Source of the DNA: Auanema rhodensis
Taxonomy: Eukaryota > Animalia > Nematoda
Assembly (NCBI GenBank): GCA_964057225.1
Contig: OZ059897.1
Span: forward strand, 11,594,001 to 11,658,000
Direction: 5' to 3'
Length of the DNA stretch: 64,000 bases
Numbering within the stretch: position 1 is the first letter of the stretch; each line of letters starts with the position of its first letter. Below are positions 41,305-54,018 of the stretch, piece by piece. The notes beneath the pieces are model-generated. The model was not told the DNA's origin. It saw nothing but the letters and a program-made list of their open reading frames with translations, and searched no databases. The position numbers were made by a program, and so were the translations under genes.

Positions 41305-43309
41305 TTAAATAGGGTGGTTGAGAAGGAATTGTTTGATAGCATAATGCATTTGAGGAGCACGCCACTGAGGAGCCATATGTCCAGCACCACGAACTGAAAA
41401 AAATGAATAAGAACAACTATTTTTCTTTTTTTTTTTACTTGTAATGAATGTGAGACCATTGAAGAGGGTTTTGAAACCAGCAATCTGGCGATCGAACTTC
41501 CATGGAGTTTTTCCAAGAGTTCTCTGAATATGTTTATCAGATTCGTATCATTATTAAGCTAAAACCTTAATTCCAAGTTGATCAGCAAATTGTTGTCCCA
41601 TCATAAAGTTGCAAGCCATGTCAGTATCTCCGTAGTAGAGAAGAACGCGAACATGAGCGGAGAGGATTTTCTGTAAAAACGTTAAACATTAACGTAAAAA
41701 TGTTTACGAAAACAAACTCTGATGAATGGAGCCATATCAGTGTATTGTTTCTCATATGTAGTTGTAACCTTATCACTGAAAACCGTGAATTAATAAAGCT
41801 AGAAAACCAAGTATAAGGAACCTGCAGATATCCCATTTTGGAAGATTGAATGGAATATTGAGAGCGTGGCGAACCTTAGCATTGTTCATGTACTGAATGA
41901 TATTAGAGTCATTAAGGCATGGAGCATCTCCGAAGAGGGGTTCTTTGCTCTGAAATGTTAAAATTATTTTATTTATAACTGAATCAACCACTAACGCGAA
42001 GCCATTTAAGAAGATCTCCCTTCTTGGGGCTCTTATTGTTAAGACGCTTGCTGAATCCTGGAGCTACTCCTAAAGCAAACCAAGTGAATAGCGAGGACTT
42101 ATTCGGATAGTTTACCTCTGAGCATATGGCTCATTCTATCTCCATTGAAATCTGGGTTGGGATCACAATCTCTGTAGAGATCGTATGGGTTGAGTCCACC
42201 TCCCCAGAGGAATTGGAAAATATCTTCGACCATGGTAGCGCAATGTCCTTCAACCTAAAAAAACACGAAGCCTGTTATATATTTTAAATATTATGGATAT
42301 TCATTACCTGAGTGAAGTCACAGCTATCAATACATCCAGAGCAGCAATCTCTCTCAAGGGTATTCCATGTTTTCTCATCAATAATTCCGTGACCATAGGC
42401 GTATCTGTACAAGAAAAACATTACAATCAAAGTTTTTTTGGAATTATTCTAACCTAATAGAAGTATCAATATTCAACTTCTCGTTGACATATCCATTTCC
42501 AAGAGCCATACCCTAGAAATCATGTATAATCAAGACGTTTAAGAAAGTTCCTAATACCTTAAGGTTGATTGGGAAATCATCTTGTCCATCTACAATTCTA
42601 GCAGTCAAAGTTGGAACGTAAACTCCTCCATATGATTCGCCCATAACGTAGGTAGCATGATGACGGAACTTAGGGAATCTCTGTAAAAGGTTTTGAGTAA
42701 GTGGTTTCAAGTAGTTTGTAAGATGTCTGCCACAATATTTGCCTCAGCTGTTTACTAATGTTTTTAAATCTTACAGTGAAGAATCCCTTTACAGCTTCGT
42801 AGTTTTCCAATGAAGTTTGATCGTCATTGGTTGTGATGTTTCCGTCCAAAGAATAGGAGTATCCAACACCAGCTGGTGATTCGATGTAAACAATGCTAGC
42901 AAACTACAATACTTTCAATAAAAAGTATGAAAGCAGAAAAAATCCAACCTTGTTCCATGAGAAAGGATTCTTGTTCAAAGTTTTTCCATCCTTGTCGGTT
43001 GTGTATGGTCCCATTTCGTTCAAAAGACCGTCAAGAGAAGAGCATCCTGGTCCACCGTTGAACCAGAAGATCAGTGGATCGTTAGCTGGGCTGTTTTGGG
43101 ATTCAACGAACCTTTAAAGATAATTTAAGGTTATTAAGCGTAACTGCATATATATAGAATTACCAGTAATGAAGAAGATGAGTATCAGATACTTGGAAAA
43201 AACCCGAATAATGCTTGAAATCGAGATCAAAGTTGACACCAGGTAAGTTCTTGATCTCATCCACGGCTGTGGAAACGGCCAACAAGGCCGCTAAGCAGAA
43301 CCAAAGCAT
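41305..43309 (-). CDS. ctsa-1: Serine carboxypeptidase S10 (cathepsin A-like)
   Basis: Signal peptide, [21 protein letters not shown], catalytic [14 protein letters not shown] and GAGHMAP. Confidence 0.93.
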
Positions 43310-44413
43310 GGCTGAAAATGAGGTATTGAGAATCACAATTTTCAAAACATTCAAAGAGCAACGATAGGGTAAACCTCCTGCAAGAGGGAGCCATGTGAGA
43401 AATGATTTTCACACTACCACTATATATCTAGGGGCGGGGCTAATCCTGGCAGAGGGTACAACATAATGGTCAATAAATTAATTGTCGTGAAAGTACAGTA
43501 GGAAATTTAGTAAAACTATTTCTAACTAAAATAAAACTAAAAAATGATCTTATACCAATGATAGTGAATATTATTATATAAACAAAACATGATATTAACT
43601 ATGACATCGCTTAAAATTTAATACTGTTAAAGCTGATAACTAAATTTGTATAAAATTGTGAGTATTTTTCATTTTAAACTGAAAAAAAAATTTTTGAGAA
43701 AGACAATTTCATTTATGGTGTGAGATTTTAGAAAGTATTGTATAATACCTGTATCGCGCCAATACTTTTATTACTCTATATAGGAACAAATCAATGACAA
43801 GAAGCTTTTGTATTTTGAACCTCTCTTTTTCTATCGCTATTATATATATTTGATATATGAGAATCTTATTTTTTTCTCAAGAGGTCAGTTTTTTTTTCTA
43901 TTTTTTGAGTTGAAAATTGTTAAAATTTTGAAAAGGTCGCTGCAACATCATGGGCATAGTCCGGTACCAACTGGCACCAATTAATCAAAGAGTCTTATAG
44001 AAAATCGTTGTAATCAACATATGTTTGAACTGGATATCTTCCATAAATCATGTTTCATTTTGCACCTCAAATCGGGCATTCATACGCGTTGTTTGACTGA
44101 TATGTGAACATCTTATAAATCATAATATCACATATCAATTTGAAAAAAAATCGTTTATTGTATTCACAGAACTGTGAGCTTATTAGCTATTGTGCTCCGA
44201 TTTGTAGCTATTTATAGCTAAAATTAATTACACATCACAGGCATATGGCTCCACTTTTTGTGTATCATCCGTTTTTGCAAAACTGCCCTTTTCTTCCAAT
44301 TTGCTCAAAAAACAAAAAAAATCGAAGAAAATTTGAAACGTTTTTATATATAACAAATAAGATAATAACAGAAAAAAACACTTGATCCTATAACAACCTT
44401 TTAAAACTAATGA

Positions 44414-45445
44414 TTATTCGCTTTTTTGGGAAATATGAGTAAGGGATCCAACCAATTCATTACCCACCGCTCCTAATGTTGAAGGGATGCTGTTAAGCTG
44501 CATTGATAAGATCTGGACAGTATCCGCTCGAAGAGCCTCAATATCTTTGTATTGAGCAAGTTCTTTTACAGTATCAATTGATAAAATTCTATTATTTACG
44601 ACAACAGCTGAAACAAAGTAATTGAAAAGAAAATGAGAACATTTTTACCTAAAGGAGCAATCCAATTAAGTTTTGACGTTTCATTAATTATTGTTGGAAT
44701 ACAACTCATATCTTTACCAAATAAAAATGCATTTGATCCAGTCAAAATAGGATCAAGCGACTGCATAGGAGTACCTAAACATCTTCAGTATTAAAGAGAA
44801 TCCGAAATACTAAACCTTCAATAACTTTCTTCATAACTTTGTTACCATAATTACGGAACTCCAATCCCTTTGATCGGAGTCTAAACAGAAAATTGAATAT
44901 TGATATGACTACAAATTCTTACTGGTTTTTGGCTAGCCACAATGTTCTTCCATTAATAGGAAGGAATTGGCATACAGCAACAACGGTATACTCCTCATCC
45001 GCAATCCATTTCTTTACCAACTTGGATAATGCTAGTTCAACATCCATATACTAAACAAATATGCAATGTTATCATAAAAATCAGAATTAAATTTGAGCCT
45101 TTCTTATTTTTAGTTATTTTCAATTTAAAACTTAAAAAATACAGCTGTGATCTACGTTTTCAATAATAAAATACTAATCTAAAAAAAAGCTTACTTCATT
45201 GGCATTGTCAATATTTCTTTGATGAATAACGTTTGGACCAACACATGATTGGATTTTTTTTGGCAAAATAGGTTTCAAGCTTTCTTCGAACAGTCTCCGA
45301 CTAAACAATAAATTCTTATTACTCATAATTTTGATAAAACTAGCTTATATGGACGCGGAAATGGACGAGGATATTTTGATGATACAAATCGTGAAGATGG
45401 TTTAACAGCACAGGTTACCCGTTTAAAAATTTGAGAAGGCAACAT
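44414..45445 (-). CDS. mrpl-10: Mitochondrial ribosomal protein uL10m
   Basis: SSKYPRPFPRPYNRRLFE..., YMDVELAL..VKKW, CQFLPINGRTLWLAKNQLRSKGLEFRNYGNKV. The first intron is GC-AG. Confidence 0.85.
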
Positions 45446-45659
45446 TCTACGTGCTCTTTTTTATTCCTTAGCTAAAAATAAACATTAATATAATAACAAA
45501 TAAATTAATTCAAATTGGGTCTGTAAGATTTAGGCGTGCAGGCGAAAATGTTTTTACATTGGAAAATTTTACATATTTAAAGAATTTCTGTCTTTGTTAA
45601 AGTTTATACTTTTTTTTATTGTATTTTAATAAAATATACTAGTGATTGTTTTTAGAGTT

Positions 45660-46773
45660 ATGGGCAAAATAAAAGGAGCAGCTCCAAAACTTGAATTGTC
45701 TTCTGTATCACCCTCTTGGAAAGTTTTACAAATGGTACACTTGATATGATCCCTATATTATCATTTTATTTTAGAAAATCAATGAAGAAAAAGCAGATAA
45801 AGAAAGAGAAGCTGCTTCCAAACCAAAGAAAGAATCGCAGGTAGACTAAGTTGCAAGGAATTTAATATTTTTAGATTTAGAATAAAAATGGACGTAAACG
45901 AAAACTAGCAGAAGCTTTGAATGAAGTATCAAAATCTCCAAAAGAACCAAAAATGGACAATTTTTCAAAAAAGTGAATTCTTATATATTTCTTGTTTAAC
46001 TCTCATATCGTAGGGATAATCTGTTAGCCTTGGATTGCGAATATGTTGGTGGAGGATATCAAGGAGCAGACGACATACTAGCTAGGGTATCTATTGTTAA
46101 TTCGGTATGCTTATTCATATGATCTTATTCAAGCGCTTGCTAATTTTATTTGTTAAGGAAGGAGAAGTTGTATACGATAAATACGTTCAGCCAAGGGATA
46201 AAATTACCGATTTCAGAACAGCCGTAAGCGGTATACGTCCTGGAAATTTAATTAATGGTATTACTTTATTATTAATTCTGTAGTCTATTTGATCTTGCTT
46301 TAGCTACTCCGTTCCAAACTGTACAGTTTGAAGTTGCTAAGTTGATTGAAAACAAAATAATCATAGGTCATGCCATTCACAACGATTTCCGAGTATGTTT
46401 CAATTAACCTATTGTTTCTCATTAAAGTATTGAAGGTTTTGAATATATCTCACAGCAAAAAGAATACAAGGGACACTGCTAAATGCAAACTATTAAGGGA
46501 TATGGCGAATTTTCAAGGAAGGGTAAACATTTTTTTTGAAACATCGTTCATTATCATGACAAAAATAGATTCCGTCGTTGAAAAAGTTAGCTGAGGCAGT
46601 TCTAGGAATCGACATTCAGAAAGGAGAACACGATTCAGTGAGATTTGAAACAATTTTAAATTATTGTCTCAATCGTAATAATTCAGGTTACTGATGCCCG
46701 GGTAGCGTTGCGCCTCTATGACATAGTAAAGAAGAAATGGGAAGCGGAGATTAAACGTTTCCATCGCAAATAA
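45660..46773 (+). CDS. REXO4: RNA exonuclease 4 (DEDDh)
   Basis: LALDCEYVG, LARVSIVN, ITDFRTAVSGIRP, IGHAIHNDF, PSLKKL, GEHDSVTDAR. Confidence 0.92.
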
Positions 46774-47492
46774 TTGTTTTTTGTTATTGTTGTTGTTATG
46801 TTTGCTTTGTTACAAATTATTATACACGTTTCTTTGCCAAATATATCTGTATGGCTATCCAGATGATGTCTATGTTATGAATTTTTTTTAACCAAATCTA
46901 TGGGTACTGACATTGCCTTAAATATTCCGCTATATGGTTTCAATCTGATGGTAATCCTGAAACTGCAGATTATTCGTGCATATATTAAAAGAATCTGTTT
47001 TGAGAGAGAAAATGTAGTGGTGGACAAGTTGGAAAGACCGTCATTATTCTGAGTCTTCTATTCGTATTGTACACAACAAAATTTGCTTGGCGTCGCACTA
47101 AAAGCGGCTCTATACAGAGGAATTGATAGACTATTAAAGAGTGCGAGAGTCAGAGAGAAGAGAGACAGTTTGCCTGACTAGACCTCCCTCTTTTTTGTTG
47201 TTGCGCCTTTTGAGTCTTCTATCTAGTCCTCTAGACGGTCGAAAAGAAAATAGAGAAAGGGTCGATTAGACAGCAGGCTCAAGTTTTTCTTCTCCTAGTT
47301 TTTAAAACGTGTTGCTATTGCTTATTTGATTATTAATATTTTAAAATTATTGAGTTTTCCATATCAGTTTGTGCGCCATTTGAATGAATCGAATTCGAAA
47401 TCGTTTTCATACGTTGATATTATTCTTGTATTGAACAAGAGAACCATCTTTGATTGAAATATTTTAGATGGTTCTAGAGCAAATTTTTTAAA

Positions 47493-50400
47493 ATGGATGC
47501 TAGTGCAATATTCGACGCATTTGTTTCTGCTTCAACATTCCGTACTATTCAACAAACATTTCTTCAACTATGTCTTGCTTTAGAAGTTGATCCCTCAGAT
47601 GGCAGTAGTATATATAAAGGGTTAAAGCTTAATTTGTTTGTTTTTATTGTTTAATTTTCTTCTTTTAGTTTGCGTCAATTGAAAGATTGGAAAGCCGAAA
47701 AGTTATGGAAGCTCCTGGATAAAAGGTTCAATCAAAAAGAATATTTACAACAGAAGGCAGGAGAGAAGCTTACAACTTTAATTATTGGAGCCGGTTTGTT
47801 CTTTTGTATGCCAGTTGATTATGATTTTTTTTGGAATTAAGGTCCATGTGGGCTACGTATGGCAATTGAATGTGCTCTTCTTGGAAATAGAGTTATTGTT
47901 GTGGAACAAAGGGAAAAATTCAGTAGAAACAATGTTTTACACCTCTGGGAATTTGTAATTCATGACATTAAAGCATTAGGAGCAAAGATGTTTTATCCGA
48001 AATTCTGCACAGGAAGTATCGAACATATCAGTATGTTATATTGTCTTTCATTATTACATTTTATTTTATTTCGTTAATTGTTTGAATACCAAATATTATT
48101 CCAGGTATACGGCAATTGCAATGCATTTTGCTGAAAGTAGCTTTATGTTTTGGTGTACAGGTACATGAAGGAATTACATTTAAAGAAATAATAATTCCTT
48201 CTGAAGAAACTAGTTTGTTTATCAATGCATTTATGGTTCTTTAAAATATTGTATTCTAGATACAGGCTTTAGAGCTGCTTTTGAACCATCTAGTCATATT
48301 CTAACTGAATTAGAATTCGATATTTTAATCGGTGCTGATGGGAAGAGGAACACTGTTCCTGGTTAGTCTTATGATAACACTTACTAAATATCTTTCTTGC
48401 TCTTTCAGGGTTCAGACGTGATGAGCTGAGAGGAAAACTGGCAATTGCCATCACTGCAAATTTTATTAATAAGAAAACTCCTGAAGAAGAGAAGGTTCCT
48501 GAAATAAGGTTTCCTAAAACATGTTTAAGTATATAATCTGAAATTATTGTTATAGTGGTGTTGCATATATCTTCAATCAATCGTTTTTCAAAGAAATGTA
48601 TGAAAAAACTGGGGTAGACTTGGAAAATATTGTATATTACAAGGTATAGAATAAGTTTGTAACTATTGACCTCACTGATATCTTATATTTAGGATGAAAC
48701 ACATTATTTTGTTATGTGTGCTAAGAAACAAAGTTTACTTGATATGGGTGTGCTCAGAAAGGTTTATATGCTAATTTAAAAAATTAAAAAATTAAATGAT
48801 ATAGGATTGTGATGACGTCATTGCTCTTCTCTCTTCCGCTAACTTAGACAAAGATGCTCTTTGTTCTTATGCAGAGAAAGCTGCAATGTTTGCAACAAAA
48901 GGTGAGGATAATTTGGAAGGAAAAACTTGATCAATTGATGTATTTTCTAAAGGAGCGCTTCCGTCTCTTGATTTTGCCGAAAATCATCGTGGTGAAAAAG
49001 ACATAGCCGCTTTTGATTTTACCAGTCTTTATTCTGCGAAGCATTCCGTTCGTCTCTTAGAGAGGAGAGGAAAACGTCTTTTGATGGGAATTGTTGGAGA
49101 CTCACTTCACGAGGTTATTTCTTGATTTATGAAAAAAAAAAAGTTTTAATTCAGCCGTTTTGGCCTACTGGTTCTGGTTGTGCAAGAGGATTTTTAGGTG
49201 TTTTTGATACTGCATGGCTTATCAGAGATTATGGTATCAATCAAAAAGGTTAACTTAATGTTGTTGGTTGAAATATATTTTGAATCTTCAGGCCCTTTGG
49301 AAATGATTGCGGAAAGGGAGAGTGTGTATCGGCTTCTTGCTCAGGTAACAAAGGACAATATGCATAAAATGATCAGCAAGGTATGAGCTTTATAATCTTT
49401 TTAATTCAGGAACTATATTATTTTCAGTACACAATTGACCCTCGAACTCGATATATGCACCCTGATATGAGTCTTGAACCCGATGAAGTTGTTAGTTTAG
49501 TGATTTCCGATAATCCTCGTTCTTGTAAGTTTTTTGCAGGAATGCTATTCGAAGTATTTTGTTTTCAGTGCCTGTACATGAACCACTAGATTTAAACTCT
49601 AATGTTTCTGCTCATTTGATGAGTTCTGACTCTTTAATTAGATATTCGTTATGGAGATTCTGTACTCAAGCTCTTTCACAATATAGACTGAAAATTGTTG
49701 ACTTGGATAAGAGGTAGCATAAGTTATTGACAGTAATTCATGTACGAGTTCTAGTTGGAATGACGGTTTAGCACTTGCTGGTTTATTAGCTAAGTTTTCT
49801 CAAAAAACTTTTGATTACTTCAATATTTTATCGATGAAAGATATAAAACAACGCTTACAGGTAAACAATATATAAAATTCAAATGCTTTTTTTCTTTAGA
49901 CTTGCTTTGAAGCCGCAGAGAACAACTTCAATGTTCTAGAACCTTGTGATCCTCAAGTTTGGGAATATCTACGATACCACAGAAAAATCGATTATATTAA
50001 ACGTATTGTGGATAATATAAGGTTTTCCCAATATTTTTTATTTATTTTTTTTATTTTTGTTTTGTTTAGGAAAGATATAAAACTTGTACAACGTTGTCTT
50101 CTCACACCTCGGTCAATGAAAAGAAAGGTAGCTGAAAAACCACGACCTCGTAATACTCGAAGAGCAACTCAGCCAATAGAAAAGTTAGCAATGGATTTAT
50201 TGGAATCATTCAAAGGAGAGGATTCGAAGAAGGTTTTTGTTTCTGTGATATATCTTACACAGTAAGAATGTATTTACAGTTGTTCAAACCACATAGTACG
50301 AACGATTTTGCACGAAGGCCAGATAGCGATGTTCACAGAGTCTCTTTAGTCCGAAATTCTACAACTTCCTTTGAGAATTTAGATGCTGGAGATATTCTTA

Positions 50401-53400
50401 ATAAGGTTTGTTATTATCTGTATTTATACTTTTTTAATTGTTTGTATATATTTAGACCGAACAACCAAGCAGCTCTAAGTTCCAGGAAAAAGTTAATGTG
50501 AACCCAGTTAAGTATTCGACTTCTTTCAATTCTCAAGTTGGAAGGACACGGGTATATTTTCTTGGATATATATGTTTAATGTATATTTATTTTAGGCTAT
50601 TAGTGATGCTAAATCTGGAGATTATTATAAGGATATAAGTGCTGGAGATACTGTTACTAAATGGCGTTTACCTGGTAAAGCTGATTCTAATGGAGGACTA
50701 TTTCTTAGATCGAATGAGAAGGAAAATGGAAATGCTGAATTCAAGGTAAACCAATATCATTTTAATAATATTTAACTGATTTCAGAATACAACTCCGCTC
50801 AAGAGACATTCAGTGCCTGTAATGACAGCCGATAGTCTTAACGTTCATCGCCAGATTATGTGCGACTTGTGTGAAAAGGTAACAATAACATGTTCTATCT
50901 GTTTATTAATTTTGTTGTTGCAGGTTGTCTATTTAGCAGAAAGGGTTCAAGTTGAGAATGTCTTTATTCATAAGAATTGCTTCCGCTGTTCTTTCTGTTC
51001 TCAACCGCTCCGTTTGGGAGAATACGGCAAAGATAAAGAACTGGATAGTACATACTCTAAAAAGTAAATTCCTTCTTAAAATTAGATTCATCATGTTATA
51101 TGTTTTATAGATTATTCTGTAATGTTCATCTACGGGTTCCATTACGTGAAAAGATTAGTCAGATTGAAAGAATAAGTCGACGTAACAACCGTCTATCTGC
51201 CACTGTGGCACCTATTCCTTCAGCTGTCGTTTCTCCATTACAATCTGGAAACAATTCTCATATTCTGTCTGCCGTAGTTACTCCAATACAGTCTACTAAT
51301 AACTTGGCTTCATACACGTATATTCATAGTGCTATTCTTTCTATGTTATATTCATAATTTCAGTTCATCTAACGAACGTCATCACTATCACGCAACATTA
51401 TCAACTCCTCAACAATCTAGAGAGTCTCGCTCTATCATATCTCCTATATCTGAACTAACAAATGAAGACGATCGTACACCTGAAAGAGCTGAATTCGGAA
51501 GTCACATTCGCCCTAAGTCATCGGCGGTTTGTTTAATGATAGTTTTGCGCCGAATCATGTGAGATGTTTAGCCGTTCAAACTAGAAGCTTCAGAAAGCGA
51601 AGACGAAGATTTTAATCAGTGCGCTGCTAATGGTTTGATTAAAATTTCTATTTTTAACTGTTCATAACTTTCAGAAAATAAACCTGACAGTGATGAGGAG
51701 CCCAGCTTCTCTGATTGCGAAAACCTAGAAGAAGGAGATTTAGATGTTTTCCAAAAATCAGTTCTGCAACTGGACGATGAAAATCCCGAAAAACCAGTTA
51801 CGGATGAGCAAGTATATTTTGAGTATTAAGACAAGTCTAAATATATGTATGTTCAGCTTGTTTCTATTATTGATAGGATGAATAGAAGGCGTCGTAGCTT
51901 GCTACCCGGAACACCTAAAACGGATGATTCTCTTTTCGTAAGTTATCTTCATTTATGAACCGAAAACAATTTGTAGCCTTTCAGGATACTGAAAATATGT
52001 TCACATCGGATGAAACAAACAATATATCATCAACGAATTCAGAAAGTGCTGCGCAACCAGATCCATTAGCAACTGCTCCGTTGGAATCAGAATTTTTAGA
52101 TTGTAGAAGTCCTCTCGATGAAAATATCAGAAAAGTATAGTGATTCTATGTTTATTCCATTAGCTTAATCTTTCAGCAAAAAGCTCAAGAACTTGCAAAC
52201 TTACGTTTGGAATTGAGAAAAAAGGCTCAATTAAAAACAGACTATGAATTAGGAATAGGAAGTAATTTATCAGAGAGTAAACATGCAATACCACAGCATG
52301 CTGATTCCTCAACTACTTACCAAACACCTGTGAGGGAAAATAAAAGTGTAAGTTTATAAGTGCAAATTTATTTCTTTTGTTCTTTACAACATTACAGACT
52401 CGTTCGAACTTGTTGCTTAATGACATGCCCTCATTGAAAAGAGATACAGCTCCCCCCACAGTATCTTTAGAATCTATCCAGGTTTTTTCTAGTTTAATTC
52501 TGTTATGATTGAACATTTTAGCCTACAAATCTGTTTACACCTGAAAAAAATGTAAAGAATGAGCCTATAACATCTCCACCCAAAACTTCTGAATTACTTA
52601 TTCCTAAGTTTTCATCCGATACTTCAAGTCGAGAATCTGTATTTCAATCGAATCAACTTCATATTGAAAGTAAAAAGGAGACTGGTCTGCTTGGAAAACC
52701 ATATCACCGGATTAAACAGCGGAGAGAAACGAATTCTCCTACTCAATCAAACTCCATGAATATTTCGGAAATAACAGTAGCAACTGATCTAAGAGTGGCT
52801 GCCATACCACCTTCTCCACGAGTTATAAACGGTATTTACGCGAAACAGTCTAGTTTATCAAGTTAAATATCGATTTAGAAAATGTAGAGGAGCAAACAAC
52901 ACCCACTCATATATCAGTAGACCCAGTTACTCTAAGGCAATTTCATAAAAAGGCTGAAAAGATTAAAAGGTATATTTTCTTGATCATTATGTTTTAATAA
53001 TTCCACATTTTTCAGACAACGTGATCAGGGATTGAGCCAACACGCTCAAGAACTTCAACTGACAATTGAAAGAAACGACGTTCGTTTATTGGAACTCAAT
53101 TCCTTAATACAGAAAAAAGCTGCTATTCTTGAAGAAGGTTAGTCATTCATTATTTTTTTTTCTTGTTTGTTTCATGTTTATTTCGTGTTTAAGATCCCTA
53201 CAATCAACTTGAACTGATTTCATGGCTCGAACTGATAAAGGAAAGAGATTCATTGAGTTTTGTAAATAAAGGCAAAGTCCTTGAAATACAAAAAGTTAAA
53301 TTACATGTTAGATATCGTGAATTAAACAGAAAGTGTTTTGATGCCGAAGAAATGGCCGAAGTAGGGGTTACGAAATGTCAATAAGCAGTAAATTATCACT

Positions 53401-53635
53401 TTATAGACCGTAACATTAGAAGAAATGCTCAAAACTGTTCGAGACAAAGAAGAAGTTGATAATCAGCTGAATAATTATATCAAAGAAAGTCAGCGAAGGT
53501 TTGTTTTATGATAAGAAATATTACCCAGTTCAAAAATTTTATTTTAGTGTTGTACGTATTGAAGATGTTCTGAGAAATAAGAAGTTCAATTTTAAAAATT
53601 TTGAGAAAGACTATAAGCTCGTTCCCGCTTCTTAG
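47493..53635 (+). CDS. MICAL: MICAL F-actin monooxygenase (MO, CH, LIM, C-terminal coiled coil)
   Basis: [106 protein letters not shown]; CH motif SWNDGLAL; [16 protein letters not shown]...[10 protein letters not shown]...FCNVH. Confidence 0.95.
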
Positions 53636-54018
53636 CTAACGTTAAGTATTAATACTTTTTTTCCTGTAGATGTTTGATTCTTGCAATATTGCAAACATTC
53701 CTTTTTTTCCTTTCTTTATCTGATTCGTTACTTAAAATATATGAAATGTGGCTCTTAGCCTATATTTGTTTTTCAAAGGCCTAATTTTGGTGCTTTGCGT
53801 TGTACTTTGCTCTAATTTAAATACGGTATGTTCTCAAGCTCTAATTTTACTCTAGTCATCATTCCAGTTATTAGATTGTCAAAACTAACTTTGTTTTGTT
53901 TTTCTTATCAAATTACAGTTTTAATATACTTTTAAAGATTATAATCAAATGTTCTTTTTCAAGATCAATATTTGCTTTAATCTATTATGTTTGCATATTT
54001 TTCATATTCTTAGTTATT

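Noticed and set aside
46856-46952. Possible C/D snoRNA downstream of REXO4 (ATGATG...CTGA...CTGA)
   Set aside because: Box C is imperfect, the terminal stem is only 3 bp, and I could not identify an rRNA-complementary guide.
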